Assembly: GCF_001194135.2 (NCBI RefSeq)
Contig: NC_069000.1
Location: 3,250,711-3,314,710 of the forward strand
DNA length: 64,000 nt
Direction of reading: 5' to 3'
DNA from: Octopus bimaculoides
Lineage: Eukaryota
In this document: in pieces, positions 27,531 through 40,665 of the stretch
Layout: each line of letters begins with the position of its first letter
How positions within the stretch are numbered: position 1 is the stretch's first letter
The notes under the pieces: generated by a model
Seen by the model: the letters and a program-made list of their open reading frames with translations, nothing else
The model's database searches: none
Told to the model about the DNA's origin: nothing
Position numbers and translations under genes: made by a program

Positions 27531-30090
27531 ACAACTACTAAGAAGAAAAAGAAGAAATTAATGGATGTCTTTTCTTTACCTTTCTTAACCAGAATTAGTA
27601 ACTCAAATAATTAGTAGTTATTCCGACATCCCCAGTGTAAATTTTAAATTAACTCAAATTTCTGGTCGGCTCACAACAATATATACATTAGCGCCCACTT
27701 AATAATTTTTGCATAACCAAAGTAAATCCTTTTTGACAAGCATTGTTTATTTAAACATTTATTTTATTTGTTTTAGATGGAAATAAGTGGTAACAATACA
27801 ATCAAGAGAAAAACAACTGAGCGAACGCACCGCTATGCAATAAAAAACAATAAATATAGAACAAGAGTCATTAAATTAAAACATGAAACACTTTACTAAT
27901 TCTTCCATGCATTTATTGAGACAAGCTTTCAATTTCTTGAAAGCTTCTGCCACGTTTAACAACGTTATTTCGCTGTAAACAGTTTTCAGAAACGTTTACC
28001 GTTTTTTATGATTTGCTTCTTTCAGTGTTATATTATTTGTTGACGTTTCACTGTGATTGTATATCGTTTTGTTTCGCACTGAGAGAATGCATGGCTTGAT
28101 TGAATTTATCCGTGAATAATGTAAAAGAGAAAAGAAATGCATGAAGCCATCGCATGAACGAATCCCTAAACATTGAGAAATTATTGTCAGTGACAGAGTT
28201 ATTCATCAGATTCAAATCAACGAATTATCTAAAATATATGGATTGTGAACGTTTGCCCCTCCTTTGAGAAGCAGTCAGACATACGCCAAAACACGCACAT
28301 AAGCATACTGTCAAATATGTTACTCAGAAAAAGAAAATAAACTCGTATATTAGAAAACATAGTGACTGCATTATTTATACAATGTTAGAGATTCAGTCTC
28401 TTAACAGACAATATTTGCTAGAGAACAGTTTAATGATGTAGAATCTTCCAAGCTTGCAAGCGTAAAGCACAAACTATGGGACATGGCTGAAGGAAAGAAT
28501 ATATGTATATATGTGTGTGTCATTTTGTGAATGTGTTAATCTTAAATAAGGCAATAAAGAAAATTATGTAATGACCGTTGTTTATACCTCGTCTTGTACA
28601 TCACTGTGTAAAAAACAGTATATATGGAACACAGCTACGGATTTACAATTCAGAATGGTGAAATATAACCCAGAATCCTGCCATAAGATTAGGCGGAATT
28701 CTTTAGTATTCGAGTGTTAGATCCCGCTCAACATGCTCCATATCCTTTAATGTTTCGGGAAGTATTAAAAGTAAAAGTGAAACTATTTTACTGACACACA
28801 AAAGCCTTCTCATTCACGTCTATTTAACTGAATAGCCATGATATATTCAAATTCAATCGTATTTCATCTGAAACTATGACTAAACTGATTAAAGAGTTCC
28901 TTGTGGATAACCACGAATCAAAATAATTGCACAGGCTGCATGGAAACTCGTACAATGCCTGTCTACTTCCTTCTCCGAATATCAGTAGAATTGAAAGGGT
29001 GCGTATATCAGCAATTATAAGATTGATTGATACACGCGACTCTCTTCATTAACTGTTCCATAAAGTGCAATACTTGTCTACAGGGAAATTATAACATTTT
29101 ATTTAGACTAATTACATACTAAATTGGCCTTGTCACTTTGGCTAGAGCCTTGGTGCGAGAGATTAGGCAATCGTTAAGGTGTGAACAATTAGATTCTTTT
29201 GTCTGTCTGCACGACAATGGCTTTCCTCGAACTCTTCCATGAAGCTCTAGTATCGCGTATATATATATATATATAGACACATGTCATACGACGAAGTGAT
29301 CTTCAAAGAATGATTTATGAGTTCATGTTTGAAAATAATCCTAATGTTTATTCTATTTCTACTAAGCATCAACACAAGAATAGGGAGAGTAGCACAGAAA
29401 CGTCGACGTAAGATGAATTTAGACGTAAGTTGAGAACCATTGTTATATTACAAAGACAAAAATACGGCAGCGACACAAAGACACTGGCAAATCACTTACA
29501 TATAATTCGCACTAAATATGAATATATGTATGTGGAGAGATAACTATGTGTGTATAGATATATACGCTAAAAAATATATGTTTGTTTATATAAGTGCATG
29601 TGTGAATAGTTTTCATATGTATTATATGCATATATATATATATATTCCATACCTACGGACATGTGTGTGTGTGTGCAGAAAACCTACTTACGTACATGTA
29701 TATATGTACATGTATAACATACCTTCTCACAATCACTCACACATATATTCCTACATATGTTTCAATATATTATTTATGACAACTTTACCAAATGAATAAT
29801 GCTTATAAGTTGTTTCGGGATATTTATGTATTTCCATTCCATGTGCAGGTGTTTTATCACACAATGATTAGTCTGCCACTTTACTTACGCAAACACAGTG
29901 TGTGTTATGTAACTTAAACACGAAAAGATAAGCCACATACACTGGCATAAATTATTAATCTTCCCTGTTGTATACAAGATTCTATAGAAATGCCATGTCT
30001 TATGGACGTCTAGAGACAGATTTATACAAGAAAAGTCGGATGTTATCTTTGGAAGTTGCTATCTATAAATAGGGGCATATGCACACATAT

Positions 30091-30092
<2 letters not shown>

Positions 30093-30137
<45 letters not shown>

Positions 30138-30318
30138 AACATCGCTTGACAATCGATGCTGGTGTCTTTACGTCTCCGTACTTTAGCGGTTCGGCAAAAG
30201 AGACCGATATAATAAGTGCTAAGCTTACAGAGAATAAGTCGTGGGGTCGATTTGCTCGACTAAAGGCCGTGCTCCAGCATGGCCGCAGTGAAATGACTGA
30301 AACAAGTAAACGAGTAAA
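30093..30318 (+). mobile_element. SINE family A, 3' half with internal (TG)n; best-preserved copy
   Basis: catcgcttgacaatcgatgctggtg...tagcggttcggcaaaagagaccgat...ggggtcgatttgctcgactaaaggccgtgctccagcatggccgcagtgaaatgactgaaacaagtaaa. Confidence 0.9.
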
Positions 30319-30724
30319 ATCAATGCGTACAAAACTAGTTGATTAGCGGCTTGAAGTGGGATGGGTACTATATTCTATAGTTCACACCTCAAGTGGGAAC
30401 AGTATTTCAAAAGTTACTTGAATTTCTTAGCATTTTTACAAAGACACTGGTTAGAGACATAACTGTCAAAATATCTACTTGATTGCTGTTTTTTAATTTC
30501 TCGATACTTATAAAGATCATTGGTAAAGTTACCCCACGAACTTTTGTGTTTCATATAACCTAATAAAAGTATAGAAATAGTTTTCGCGATAGAGACCCAG
30601 TTTGGTATCATTTTAAGAAATGACTAATTTGATACAGCATAACATCATTTAAAATATAAGAAAGAAAAATTAATTGTGCACTCACGGCTTCTGAACGGGA
30701 GCACAATAATGAATATCGTAGTGA

Positions 30725-30752
30725 ACTTACCTGAAAAATAAAAAAGAAAATA
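30725..30752 (-). other. Candidate recursive splice site (3'SS abutting 5'SS)
   Basis: Minus strand ttttcttttttatttttCAG|GTAAGT. Confidence 0.5.
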
Positions 30753-31344
30753 ATTGTAAATCATATGGTAAATTATATTGTAATTAAAATACATATAAAA
30801 AGTCACAGATCATTTTCCACAGTAAAGCAATATAATGCATGGTTATTGTTTTTTTTATATATTAGGGATAAACTTTCAGACGTTCACGTGATTTTATGAA
30901 GATGCAGCGGAGGTGCTTTTGGGACCAGTGTGCTGTCGGTGCGACAGAAAGTTTGTGTTTTTAAATGGCTAAAATGTTTTCCGAGCTTTGATAGTTTTTA
31001 GCTTCAGCACACAACGTCAGATCAAATCACTTGCCTGTCAAGTACTCCTACAAATGATAAAATGGAATTTTTTCTGCAGTTATCTCAGTTACCCGTAGGA
31101 GCTTTAATCAATCAAAAGGATGCCAGAAGTACAAGTCTAGTTTCTTTCTTCATTGCAAACCAGCAATATTGTACGGCTTTCCCAAAGCGAGTTAACGTCA
31201 CTGCGCTTTAATAATACTAAATATTCTTAACATTTTCGTCCCATTTGGGCATAGTAATGGCTGCATTCAGCACCACAGCGCAGCATCTTTCGCAAGTCTT
31301 CAATATAGCCCCGGACTGACCAATACACTGTAAGTAAACTTGAT

Positions 31345-31532
31345 AGACGTGTTTCCCCCCACCATCGTTTGGCAACCTATGATTGTTTATTTACGACTAT
31401 ATAACTTAGTGTCTCCGCAAAAGGGAACGACATAAGCTCGAGACAAAAAATAAATATTAGGGTTGATATGTCTGGCTACTATAATTTCAAATCATTTCCT
31501 AGCATAGGCGCTGTACAATGACTGAAGCCAGC
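31345..31532 (+). mobile_element. SINE family A, 3' half, diverged
   Basis: gtttccccccaccatcgtttggcaacc...taacttagtgtctccgcaaaag...agcataggcgctgtacaatgactgaag. Confidence 0.65.
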
Positions 31533-32597
31533 AGAGGACAGCCTCAGGTTGGGCTCGGGTATGATGCTTAAACAGGCTTAAACGATGAAACTAGATGGAA
31601 AATAAGAAAGATCGGTGATTACGCTTAAGACAGTCTTTGGTATGCTTTGAAATCGAAAACCTTATTCAAAATCATTTATACCATCACGCAACATACAATT
31701 CTCTGAATTACCATCAAAATTGAAATAAGAACATTTATAAACATAGAATTTTCATTTCCATGAGTCTTGCTGTCTATTTATAAATATCCACTGTAGTTTG
31801 CTAGCATCCAGCAATTAAAAAATAAACAAAAAAAGCTAAATAATTGTTCACGCTTCATTAATTTGCAAAGAAGAAACCAAAATCACTTTCGAGTGTATTC
31901 ATTGAAAGATGCGCTCAATGCACACAGAAAAAAAAAACTGGTAATTGATGTTTGGTGTCTAGACTGAAGGTATGACGGTCCCGTGAGAAGAATAAATAAA
32001 CCATTGCGTCATTGATTCATTATATTGTGTAGGTGGAGTGAAAGAGATTCAACATTAACTCAAAAATGATTTGAAAATGGTCAAACAATTTAAAATCGAG
32101 TCAATAAATTTACGCAGAAATCAAGTCTTTATGCCGGCTGTAACTGATGCCAAACTGTATCTTCCAAAATTGGCAGCCATTCTTTTGAATAAACATTGGC
32201 GGTGTGAAGATGGCGGTTCTTGTAGGCATGAGCAACTACCAGTTTTCCTTGACTGGTCTGTGTATACAATGCGGTGAGTCATGGTTCACTTTGATCATTG
32301 ACAGACCCCCGATATATGCAGTCTGAACGCCTACATAGAGATGTATAATTCAGCCATTTATATCTTTCCTAATTTTCTTGCAATTATATAAACACGACTA
32401 AACGTTTGCATGAATAACATCGATGAACATCTTTGAAAAATTCGTAATACTTTTATCAAACCAACAACACCAGATTTGTTTGAAGATTAGAGAGAGAATT
32501 TGAGAAAAATGTATCTATGACGCTGGATTGAAGCAATGTGTTACAAAATATATTTGTGTTGGTGACTTTACTCGACATGAATACAAACATTAACGTA

Positions 32598-32673
<76 letters not shown>

Positions 32674-32699
32674 CTGAGCCATAGATGTACGTGCGCTGG

Positions 32700-32850
32700 T
32701 ATGTGCATATATAAATCCCAAAAACGGAACAAGAACGTAACGGACGACAATGAAAAAATACGGACAGATGGACGATACAAGGACCGAACATTCATGGCTG
32801 TCTATTCATCAGTCAAGCTCTCGACTATCACTACAATTTCGGCTATACGT
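32700..32850 (-). mobile_element. Probable Penelope-type tail remnant with decayed hammerhead core
   Basis: Minus strand CTGATGA-ATAG-ACAG-CCAT-GAAT; T-rich tail follows; stems incomplete. Confidence 0.35.
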
Positions 32851-33051
32851 TCGTGTGTGTGTGTGTGTGGGGGGGCTTTTTGTGTGAGAGAGAAATACAC
32901 ATATACAAAGTAATGGGATGTTACAGCTGATACAAAATTTCATATTCGTCGCTGTTAAACGCTTACAATGATATTGACACTTCTGTTGATGTTTTCCTAC
33001 GTATTACATGTGATCTCCTATTTTTTGTAATCATTACAGACACACACATAC

Positions 33052-33086
<35 letters not shown>

Positions 33087-33352
33087 CTCCCTCTCTCTGG
33101 GGGTTTATGCCAATCTCTCCTTTTAGCCTTTCTGATACATATACTCAATTTGTTTCCTCTTACTCTCTCTATCTTGTCATCCGTTATTTTTTCCTCCTGA
33201 GTGTTGTTCTTTTTCTCTTTTTTTTTTTTACCCAACTGACAAGAAATCAATCACCATTTTATTCAAATAATTTCCACTAACAAAATGTATAAAAAAAATA
33301 AATAACTCGAGAAAATAATCTCCGTTTTATTCCTTGAAACTAAAACTTGACA

Positions 33353-33393
33353 CAATAATAATGATAATAATAATGATAATAATAATAATAATG

Positions 33394-33440
<47 letters not shown>
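33353..33440. repeat. (AAT)n/(GAT) microsatellite
   Basis: Direct reading. Confidence 0.95.
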
Positions 33441-33441
<1 letters not shown>

Positions 33442-34130
33442 CTTTATTTTATGTTGATCTTCTTTAATTTGTCTTATTGCAAAACTGAAATACATTCAAT
33501 ATTGATTTTGTTTAGAATATTAGAAAATTGGATTGACCTTCAACAACTGACTTCAATTTATTTAATACGGCCAGGAATCAATTCTCCTAAACATATACAT
33601 TGAGAATTCCATTAATCTACACTCTACATTCTCTGCCAAACATCAACAACTACAGCTTACACATTCATAATATTTCTATAATGAGTTATTGATAGAGTAG
33701 TTTGGAATTTCCGGTCTATTAAACTCGGTTTTCTTCTCCGTAATCTCTAAACTGTTTTGTTCCTCCATGAAAAAAAAAAAAAAAAAAAAGTGGCAAATTA
33801 TAGCAATTGGGAAATTTCTGCAGAGATGTAAAACATATGGAATTTAGAGTTAAACGTTTTGAATATTATTATTGAAATAATTATTCAATTTTCAATCTAA
33901 TTGAGCTCCGTTTCTGTATATCTTCAATATTTTACAAATTTTATTGACGTAATGGCGTCACTCTTTGAGCTGCAGCCGTCTGGGGGTTGCGCTTCAAGGT
34001 TTTTTAGTCGATCATATCAACTGCTGCATTTATTCAATCTAAAAACTATTATAATGGTCACAATTGACAGAAACAATACGCTAGGACGTGAATTAGGAGC
34101 CAATTTCAAATGGATAACTTCAAAGTTGTG

Positions 34131-34270
34131 AGAGCGTACTGCGTAGTGATTAGAGCATTTTACTCAGGATCGTAAGATTCTTGTGTGGATCTTAATATTG
34201 TGGTTTCGATTCCCGGAGCGGGTGGTGCATTCATGAGCAACATGCTTCAGTCACCTCGGCAGTAAATGAC
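34131..34270 (+). mobile_element. SINE head (family B-like)
   Basis: gcgtagtgattagagcatt...gatcgtaag...gtggtttcgattcccggagcggg (A/B boxes). Confidence 0.6.
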
Positions 34271-34745
34271 TCCCAACAATTATGTAGGATTCATAACTAA
34301 TTCAAAATATTTTTTTTTACAGTTCTGAATATGCACCATATGTAATCTATTAAATGAAAATCGAACATCTCGATATCAATGTTTTAGGAATAACAGTTAA
34401 ATAATGAAGACATATTCATCATTAGTCAATTGATTGGCATTTAACTTACAATGTTTAACCAGTTAAATAATGCATTGTATGATTAATCATTCTGTCTACC
34501 AATCAATCAGTGATGTATGTCAACTGAAAGGCATACTCTTTCCCAGAACCGCTTTAATGTCCTCTCAAAAATTTTGCTCGTCCTACATAACGTAGACGTA
34601 AATGTTCGCAAAAGGCAACTGGTTTTTCTACAGATAAGAATTACAGATGAGCTTATTTCACGGGAAGAAACACCACTGAAGGAAGCAACTTCGAAATCTT
34701 CATTTCCTAAATGTTTAAAGTAGGAGGATAATTAAAAATATAATA

Positions 34746-34931
34746 ACAAAATACAGCAGGATCAGTTAATTATGAATATCTTCAACATATTCCCCTCTCA
34801 GATTCACATAATTATTGCAGTGGTCCTTCCGTTTTTATAAGCCCAGTAAAAGAACCCAGAAGATCGGGCTTCCAACCAGGCCTTTCGCGACACCCTTGAA
34901 ACCAGGAACTTTTCAGAATCCACCTCGTGTA
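34746..34931 (-). mobile_element. mariner-derived MITE carrying a transposase C-terminal remnant
   Basis: Minus strand TIR cgaggtggattctgaaaagttcctgg; a frame reads GL*KRKDHCNNYVNLRGEYVE, resembling the mariner C-terminal KC...G.Y.E signature; matches 21698-21771. Confidence 0.75.
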
Positions 34932-36113
34932 CAACTCTGTTGTATACGAGGAGTGTTCTGAATTAATCATTGTTGTATGTACGGGTGATATTACATAGCA
35001 AAGAGTGTCCGATTGATGATTCGAGGAAAATGTTGCTCATCAACATTTAACAGCAATCGTATTAATAAACAGGATAGCTTTCCTATTATTATTTCCTTCC
35101 AGTTAATTAAGACCAATCTTCGGATGACTAAAATTTTATTTCTCCCATGAGGAAATAGACTTTCATTTTGCGGTTATCTTATTTTTCCAAACAATTAATT
35201 TTCGCTTAAAATCCGGCAGATGCCGAAGAAAATAACATGATAATTATTCTATCTCTATTGACACCAATTGCCTCCGTTTATATTGCAGTGAAAAATTTTG
35301 TTAAAAAAATTTGCGATTAATTCTTGAGTATTTAAGATAATCCTGATAAAAGGCAATGAATTACCTTTTCTTTAATTCTAAATGCTCGATAATTCTTTAC
35401 AATTGTGAGATGAGAGAAGACCTTTTATGCTAGACTTAAGCGGAAAATAACGTCGCTTCGTAATTTTACACATCCGTAGCAAATAGTGAGGATATTTGCA
35501 TTTTAGAAACAGGTACAAGTCAAAAATACAGGTTTTCCGTTGCTAAAACATGTCTGGTATATATATTTGAGCTAAACTAATTGAAAGTAAAGATATCTAT
35601 GCACCTTTATAAATTAGACGCTCACTGCCATTTCTAAGTGAAAGAAAAATACGCCTAAACTATATGTATGTAGGTGATATACTGACATACATATCGTGTA
35701 CACTTTGGTCTGTGTGTACGTGCTGGCAGGTGTAACGTTATTTAATAATTAAATTTGAAGGCAGAAACACGCACATAGACACGATTTATAATTTATTACT
35801 CGATATGTTATGTCTGAATTTGATAAGTGTTACTTCCGACATGAATAAACATGGGCATACGTCTGTCTCATCGTGGCTGACCTCGTGGTGGTGTGTCCAA
35901 CGAAAGGAAATGTCCGATGTTCAAGTAATGCAGTTACTTCAGTATTTTAAAGGAAGGAAACTTTTTGGAATTAATGTCTAATTCGTCTTATTTTATTTTA
36001 TTTCTTTTCATTAATACATTATATAGACCTACATAAGAATAGGCCTATATCGTGATGTAGTCTTTTAGATGCACCAGACACTTAAAAAAATTGCATCGAC
36101 ACCTCGTGTAGCA

Positions 36114-36152
<39 letters not shown>

Positions 36153-37173
36153 AGTGTGACCTACAACAATGGCGATTATCAGACGTCGTCATTGATTATC
36201 TTCAATCGTCTTCAATAATATAAGCGATTAAAACCACAACCTCCTCAACAATAATAATAATAATAATAACAACAACAGCGTGTCTTATTTGGAGGGGTTA
36301 CAGTTTTATCTTTTTTTTTTCATCTTTCTAAATCTTATTTATCCTGATAATTGTGGTTCTCGACACATCTTCACCTTCAGCAAAGTTGATGTGAATTGCT
36401 AGAGAAAGAAATAGTAAAGAAGGAAAAATGAAGAAGGAAAGGAAGAAATAAAGAAAGGATGGCCGGATCGATTGAAAGATGGAAGTAAGAACGCGTTTAT
36501 TACTTTGCTTGTGAGGTCGAGTAAATTTTTGCAATGGTCGACGCATTTGCAAATTGAATTATACTTTGTGAAAGCAGCAAACTTTCCTAATAGTCGATGT
36601 CTTTGGCAGAAATATCTCACAAGTTGAAGGTAAAATGATTGATTGCGTGATATGATCGTTTTGACGGCAAGATAGGAATATATCAATAGACTAGCATGAT
36701 TAGTCTCTAAAAGAATTGCTTTTCTACTCGAATCAACTGGATTGACCAAATACAATTGATATTTCTCACACCTCTCAACTTATTTCATTCTCTTTTGTTT
36801 CCTTCCGTTCGGATCTCTCTCTCACTCTCCATATACTTATGTCTCTATCTACCTCTATATCAATAATTAGGTCTCACCATACATCCATCTCTTCCGGTCT
36901 CTCTCTCTCTTTCTCTATACGTATATACATATAAACTTCTCAGTACGTGGTTTTATGCTTCTCTCTTTCTTTATATCTCTATCCTCTCTTTTGTTCTTTC
37001 TCATAACTTTCATTTGCCCTTGCCTACATTCCTGCGTCTTTCTATGTATCAGAACGCATTTGTCTCTCTTACCATTTCTTATTCGCCGTCTCTCTTTATT
37101 CAAGTTTGACATTCTTATAGTTCTCCCATTCCATCAATCTCCGCATTTCTCTTTCTCTCTCTCTTATACATAC

Positions 37174-37206
<33 letters not shown>

Positions 37207-37561
37207 AAGCCCTCTTTCTGTCTCAATCCTCCGTGTGTTGCAATACACCACTCTACAATTCCATTAACACACAACACTAGCCAACCATGAACTCCGGCTA
37301 TTTACGTTAGCATACAATTGATCTGTGACATTATGAATCCCTACATCAATATCACAAAACAACAAGTAGCCATGATAAGGAATAAATTAATTATATCGCT
37401 GCCAGACGGTATAACCCCATGACAACGTTTATTATGTTGCTTTTTTTTTTGTTTTTTTTCAGGCAACTAGGGTGCACTGACGGTAATCATCTCGGCTGAG
37501 GTCAGCATTTAGCGCACGACAACGGTTTGGCGTATATTTATGTCAACTGCGTTAAAGCATG

Positions 37562-37581
37562 CATTGTTTATTTATGCAAAT
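37562..37581 (+). promoter_or_regulatory. Sox/Forkhead/POU composite motif
   Basis: CATTGTT-tattt-ATGCAAAT with overlapping TGTTTAT. Confidence 0.3.
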
Positions 37582-38547
37582 TTCCATCGCTGTGAGAACC
37601 TTGAAGTCAACGAAACTGGCGTAGATGGATGCGAATGTAAATTCTGTGAAGGACCTTCCGATACTCAAGCATTAAAATGAATTTTCCACTTCAAAAATGA
37701 TTCTACTGAGTTGTTTCTTGAAATGATTTTGTGAATTTACTGATAGCAGCATCTCTTGTAAAAGTAGCATAAGAAGAATCATTTGACTATTTCACCAGGA
37801 TTTCAAGTTTCGCTTGGAGTGCTACTTTTGGATAACTAGCAGCTACATACAGCTTGCCTGGATAACTATCGCTATGGCCATGCAGTTGGTATGTATTTTT
37901 CCATGAATCTACTGAGCCCGACATAGCTCTGATCTAGCTAAACCGGCTGAGAAGGGGGGGGGGGGCTCAAACAACAAAATCAATAAAAAAACAAAACCCT
38001 CAGCAACTACATTTGTACAAGAACACCTGATTCTTTGTCTCGTTGAGCGAAAAACATTGCCGCTCAGCCATTCTCAACACATTCTACCACTTTCTTTAGA
38101 TAAACTATTTTAGAATAATGAATAAAAAAAGAAACAGATAGATAAATGTATAAATAGATATAATTAGCCTTTAACCTTTTTGTGCAATTTCCTAATTAAA
38201 ACAGTTGCATTCTTCATAAACTATATCTACGACTCTGAATATAAACTGTCTTTCTTGAAATAGATTCCGTTGGAGATACTAAGCTGCTTTCCATCTAATT
38301 ATTTTTCATTATTTTAAAATTCAATATTTTATTTTTGGCTTTGCCGTGCGAAACAAAGATAAGATTAACAAAATTTTTTTCTTGTTCTATTCTCTGAATC
38401 CGCGAATATTAAATAGTTCATATCTTTATTTGCACATCGCCATTGTATTTCTTGTTTCTGAAGTGATTTTTCGTCTGTTCTTTTTTCAAAATTTCCTTTT
38501 CTCCGCTTTTATAATGTGAATTTTATTCTTTTATAAATTTTCTTAGA

Positions 38548-38878
38548 TTTAGACATTGCACTGCAGCCATGCTGGAGCACCAGCCTGTACGTTTAGCCAA
38601 ACAAATCAAACTTAGTTCTCTATATTGAAGCCGCGACTAATTATATCAATTACTTTAGCCGAACTGCTCGGTCACTTGGATGTAAACAAACAACAGTTGT
38701 CAAGAGGTGGATCACAAACACACACATATAGAAATAAGGATGTGGGTGTGTGGTGGGCGATGCAAGAGGCAAACAGACGGACAGACAAACATACACGACA
38801 GGCTTCTCAAAGTCTCTTTCAGACAAAATCACTTACAAAGGTCTTAGTCGGGCCAGGGCTAATGAAGACACTTGCTCA
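38548..38878 (-). mobile_element. SINE family A, long diverged copy
   Basis: ctgcagccatgctggagcacc...gccgaactgct...gttgtcaag...cgacaggcttctc...gtcgggccagggct...gaagacacttgctc. Confidence 0.7.
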
Positions 38879-39411
38879 TTTTGGAGTTTAATGGGACTGA
38901 ACATGAAACGAATTGCTGCGGCTGCACAACCTTCTGTGTTTTTTTTCTTTTTTCTTGTGTCTTTGTCTTTTTATTCAAATTCTTAAAAGCAAAATAACGA
39001 AATTTCGTTTTATTAATTACTTGAAAATTATTTTATTCAACCATACTGACATTCCTACGAATTTAATTTATGATTCTATGACACGATTCTTAAATATTTT
39101 ATGAAGCGATGGTTTTCTTTTACAGTTTTAACCTCTTTCTAATAAAATTTGCTGACACAGATAAAACTAAATTTATTACGATTAACCACACAACAAATAA
39201 CGAAATGAAAATACGATAAATTTAAAATAAACGTTCTTCGAGTAAATATTCACAGTGCTTTGATAGTTCTCCGTGTTGTGGTCTCTTGAACAAAAGGGAA
39301 CCTCATTGAATAGACTTATTATCAAATGCTTTCAGAATGTGATAATCCTGTCATATTTATTTTCTAGGCATAATGTAACTCATAATTATATTATCCAATT
39401 TATTTTATCGT

Positions 39412-39470
39412 TTAATTGTTTCAGTCATTAGACTGTCGTCATACTGGAGCACCACCTTGTAGAATTTTAG
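39412..39470 (-). mobile_element. SINE family A, 3' end
   Basis: ttgtttcagtcattagactgtcgtcatactggagcaccaccttg. Confidence 0.75.
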
Positions 39471-39474
39471 GTGA

Positions 39475-39801
39475 ATGACGACGAGACGGTTCCAGTTGAT
39501 CCGATCAACGGAACAGCCTGCTCGTGAAATTAACGTGCAAATGGCTGAGCGCTCCACAGACACGTGTACCCTTAACGTAGTTCTCGGGGAGATTCAGCGT
39601 GACAAAGAGTGTGACAAGGCTGACCCTTTGAAATACAGGTTCAAGGGAAACAGGAAGAAAGAGTGAAAGTTGAGGTGAAAGATCACAGAGAGCTTCGCCA
39701 CCATCCCCTGCCGGAGCCTCGTAGAGTGTTAGGTGTTTTCGCTCAATAAACACTCACAACGCCCGGTCTGGGAATCGAAACCACGATCCCAGGACCGAGA
39801 G
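39475..39801 (-). mobile_element. SINE family C copy
   Basis: Reverse complement of 14920-15245; gives the paralogous MFIERKH... ORF in the track. Confidence 0.85.
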
Positions 39802-39996
39802 AATGAGATTGACGTACAGTTGCTCAGCACGAATATATTGAGAGGAAAATCACGTGTAGCAATGTATCAGCTCATAATGGGATACTTTGGAGGTCACACA
39901 CATCTTCAATTCTACTCTGCAAGAAATTATTATATATATATTATGGATGTATATGTGTGCGTGTTCGTACATCTTACTTTCACCAACATATCTATT

Positions 39997-40016
39997 TATC
40001 GATCGATCGATCGATC
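39997..40016. repeat. (GATC)n self-complementary microsatellite
   Basis: tcgatcgatcgatcgatc. Confidence 0.85.
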
Positions 40017-40178
40017 TCTTTCACATGTCTCTTTGTATATGTACCTGTAAGTTTCTATCCTCATTCATACACACACACACACACACACATACATATTGTC
40101 TATATCATATATATCATATATATCATGTATATAATATATAAACTCACACACAGACAAGCTGTATACACACGATATATA

Positions 40179-40236
<58 letters not shown>

Positions 40237-40633
40237 TGATACACAACTATATATGTATGCATGTATATACCGGTCTCTAGGCAGGTGTATATCACCGTCA
40301 GTTTTATTAGCCATATCTTACACTTAGGAATTGCCTTGATTTTCTGAAATACGCATCATCTTTTAATTTTACGCTTCATGGGATCGCAATTTTCTTTTTC
40401 TTTGTCTTTTGGAGAACAGATCTTTTCCTCGGCTAAGCAAATATTCAGCTATTACCTATAAAACATCGATATTCTTCACAGCAGCTACTAGAAAATAAAC
40501 AATTGTTTCTTTAGCTCAGCGTAAATTGAGAAATACATACATGCATACACACAAACATACACACACCGTTTCATATATACATTATATAAGTATACAGACG
40601 CATGAGTAGACACCCATACATATATACTCAGTG

Positions 40634-40665
<32 letters not shown>

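Noticed and set aside
37441-37490. Strong plus-strand acceptors (also ~16896, ~44407, ~62113)
   Set aside because: Poly-T plus CAG is common here, and none has a convincing downstream donor or coding frame.
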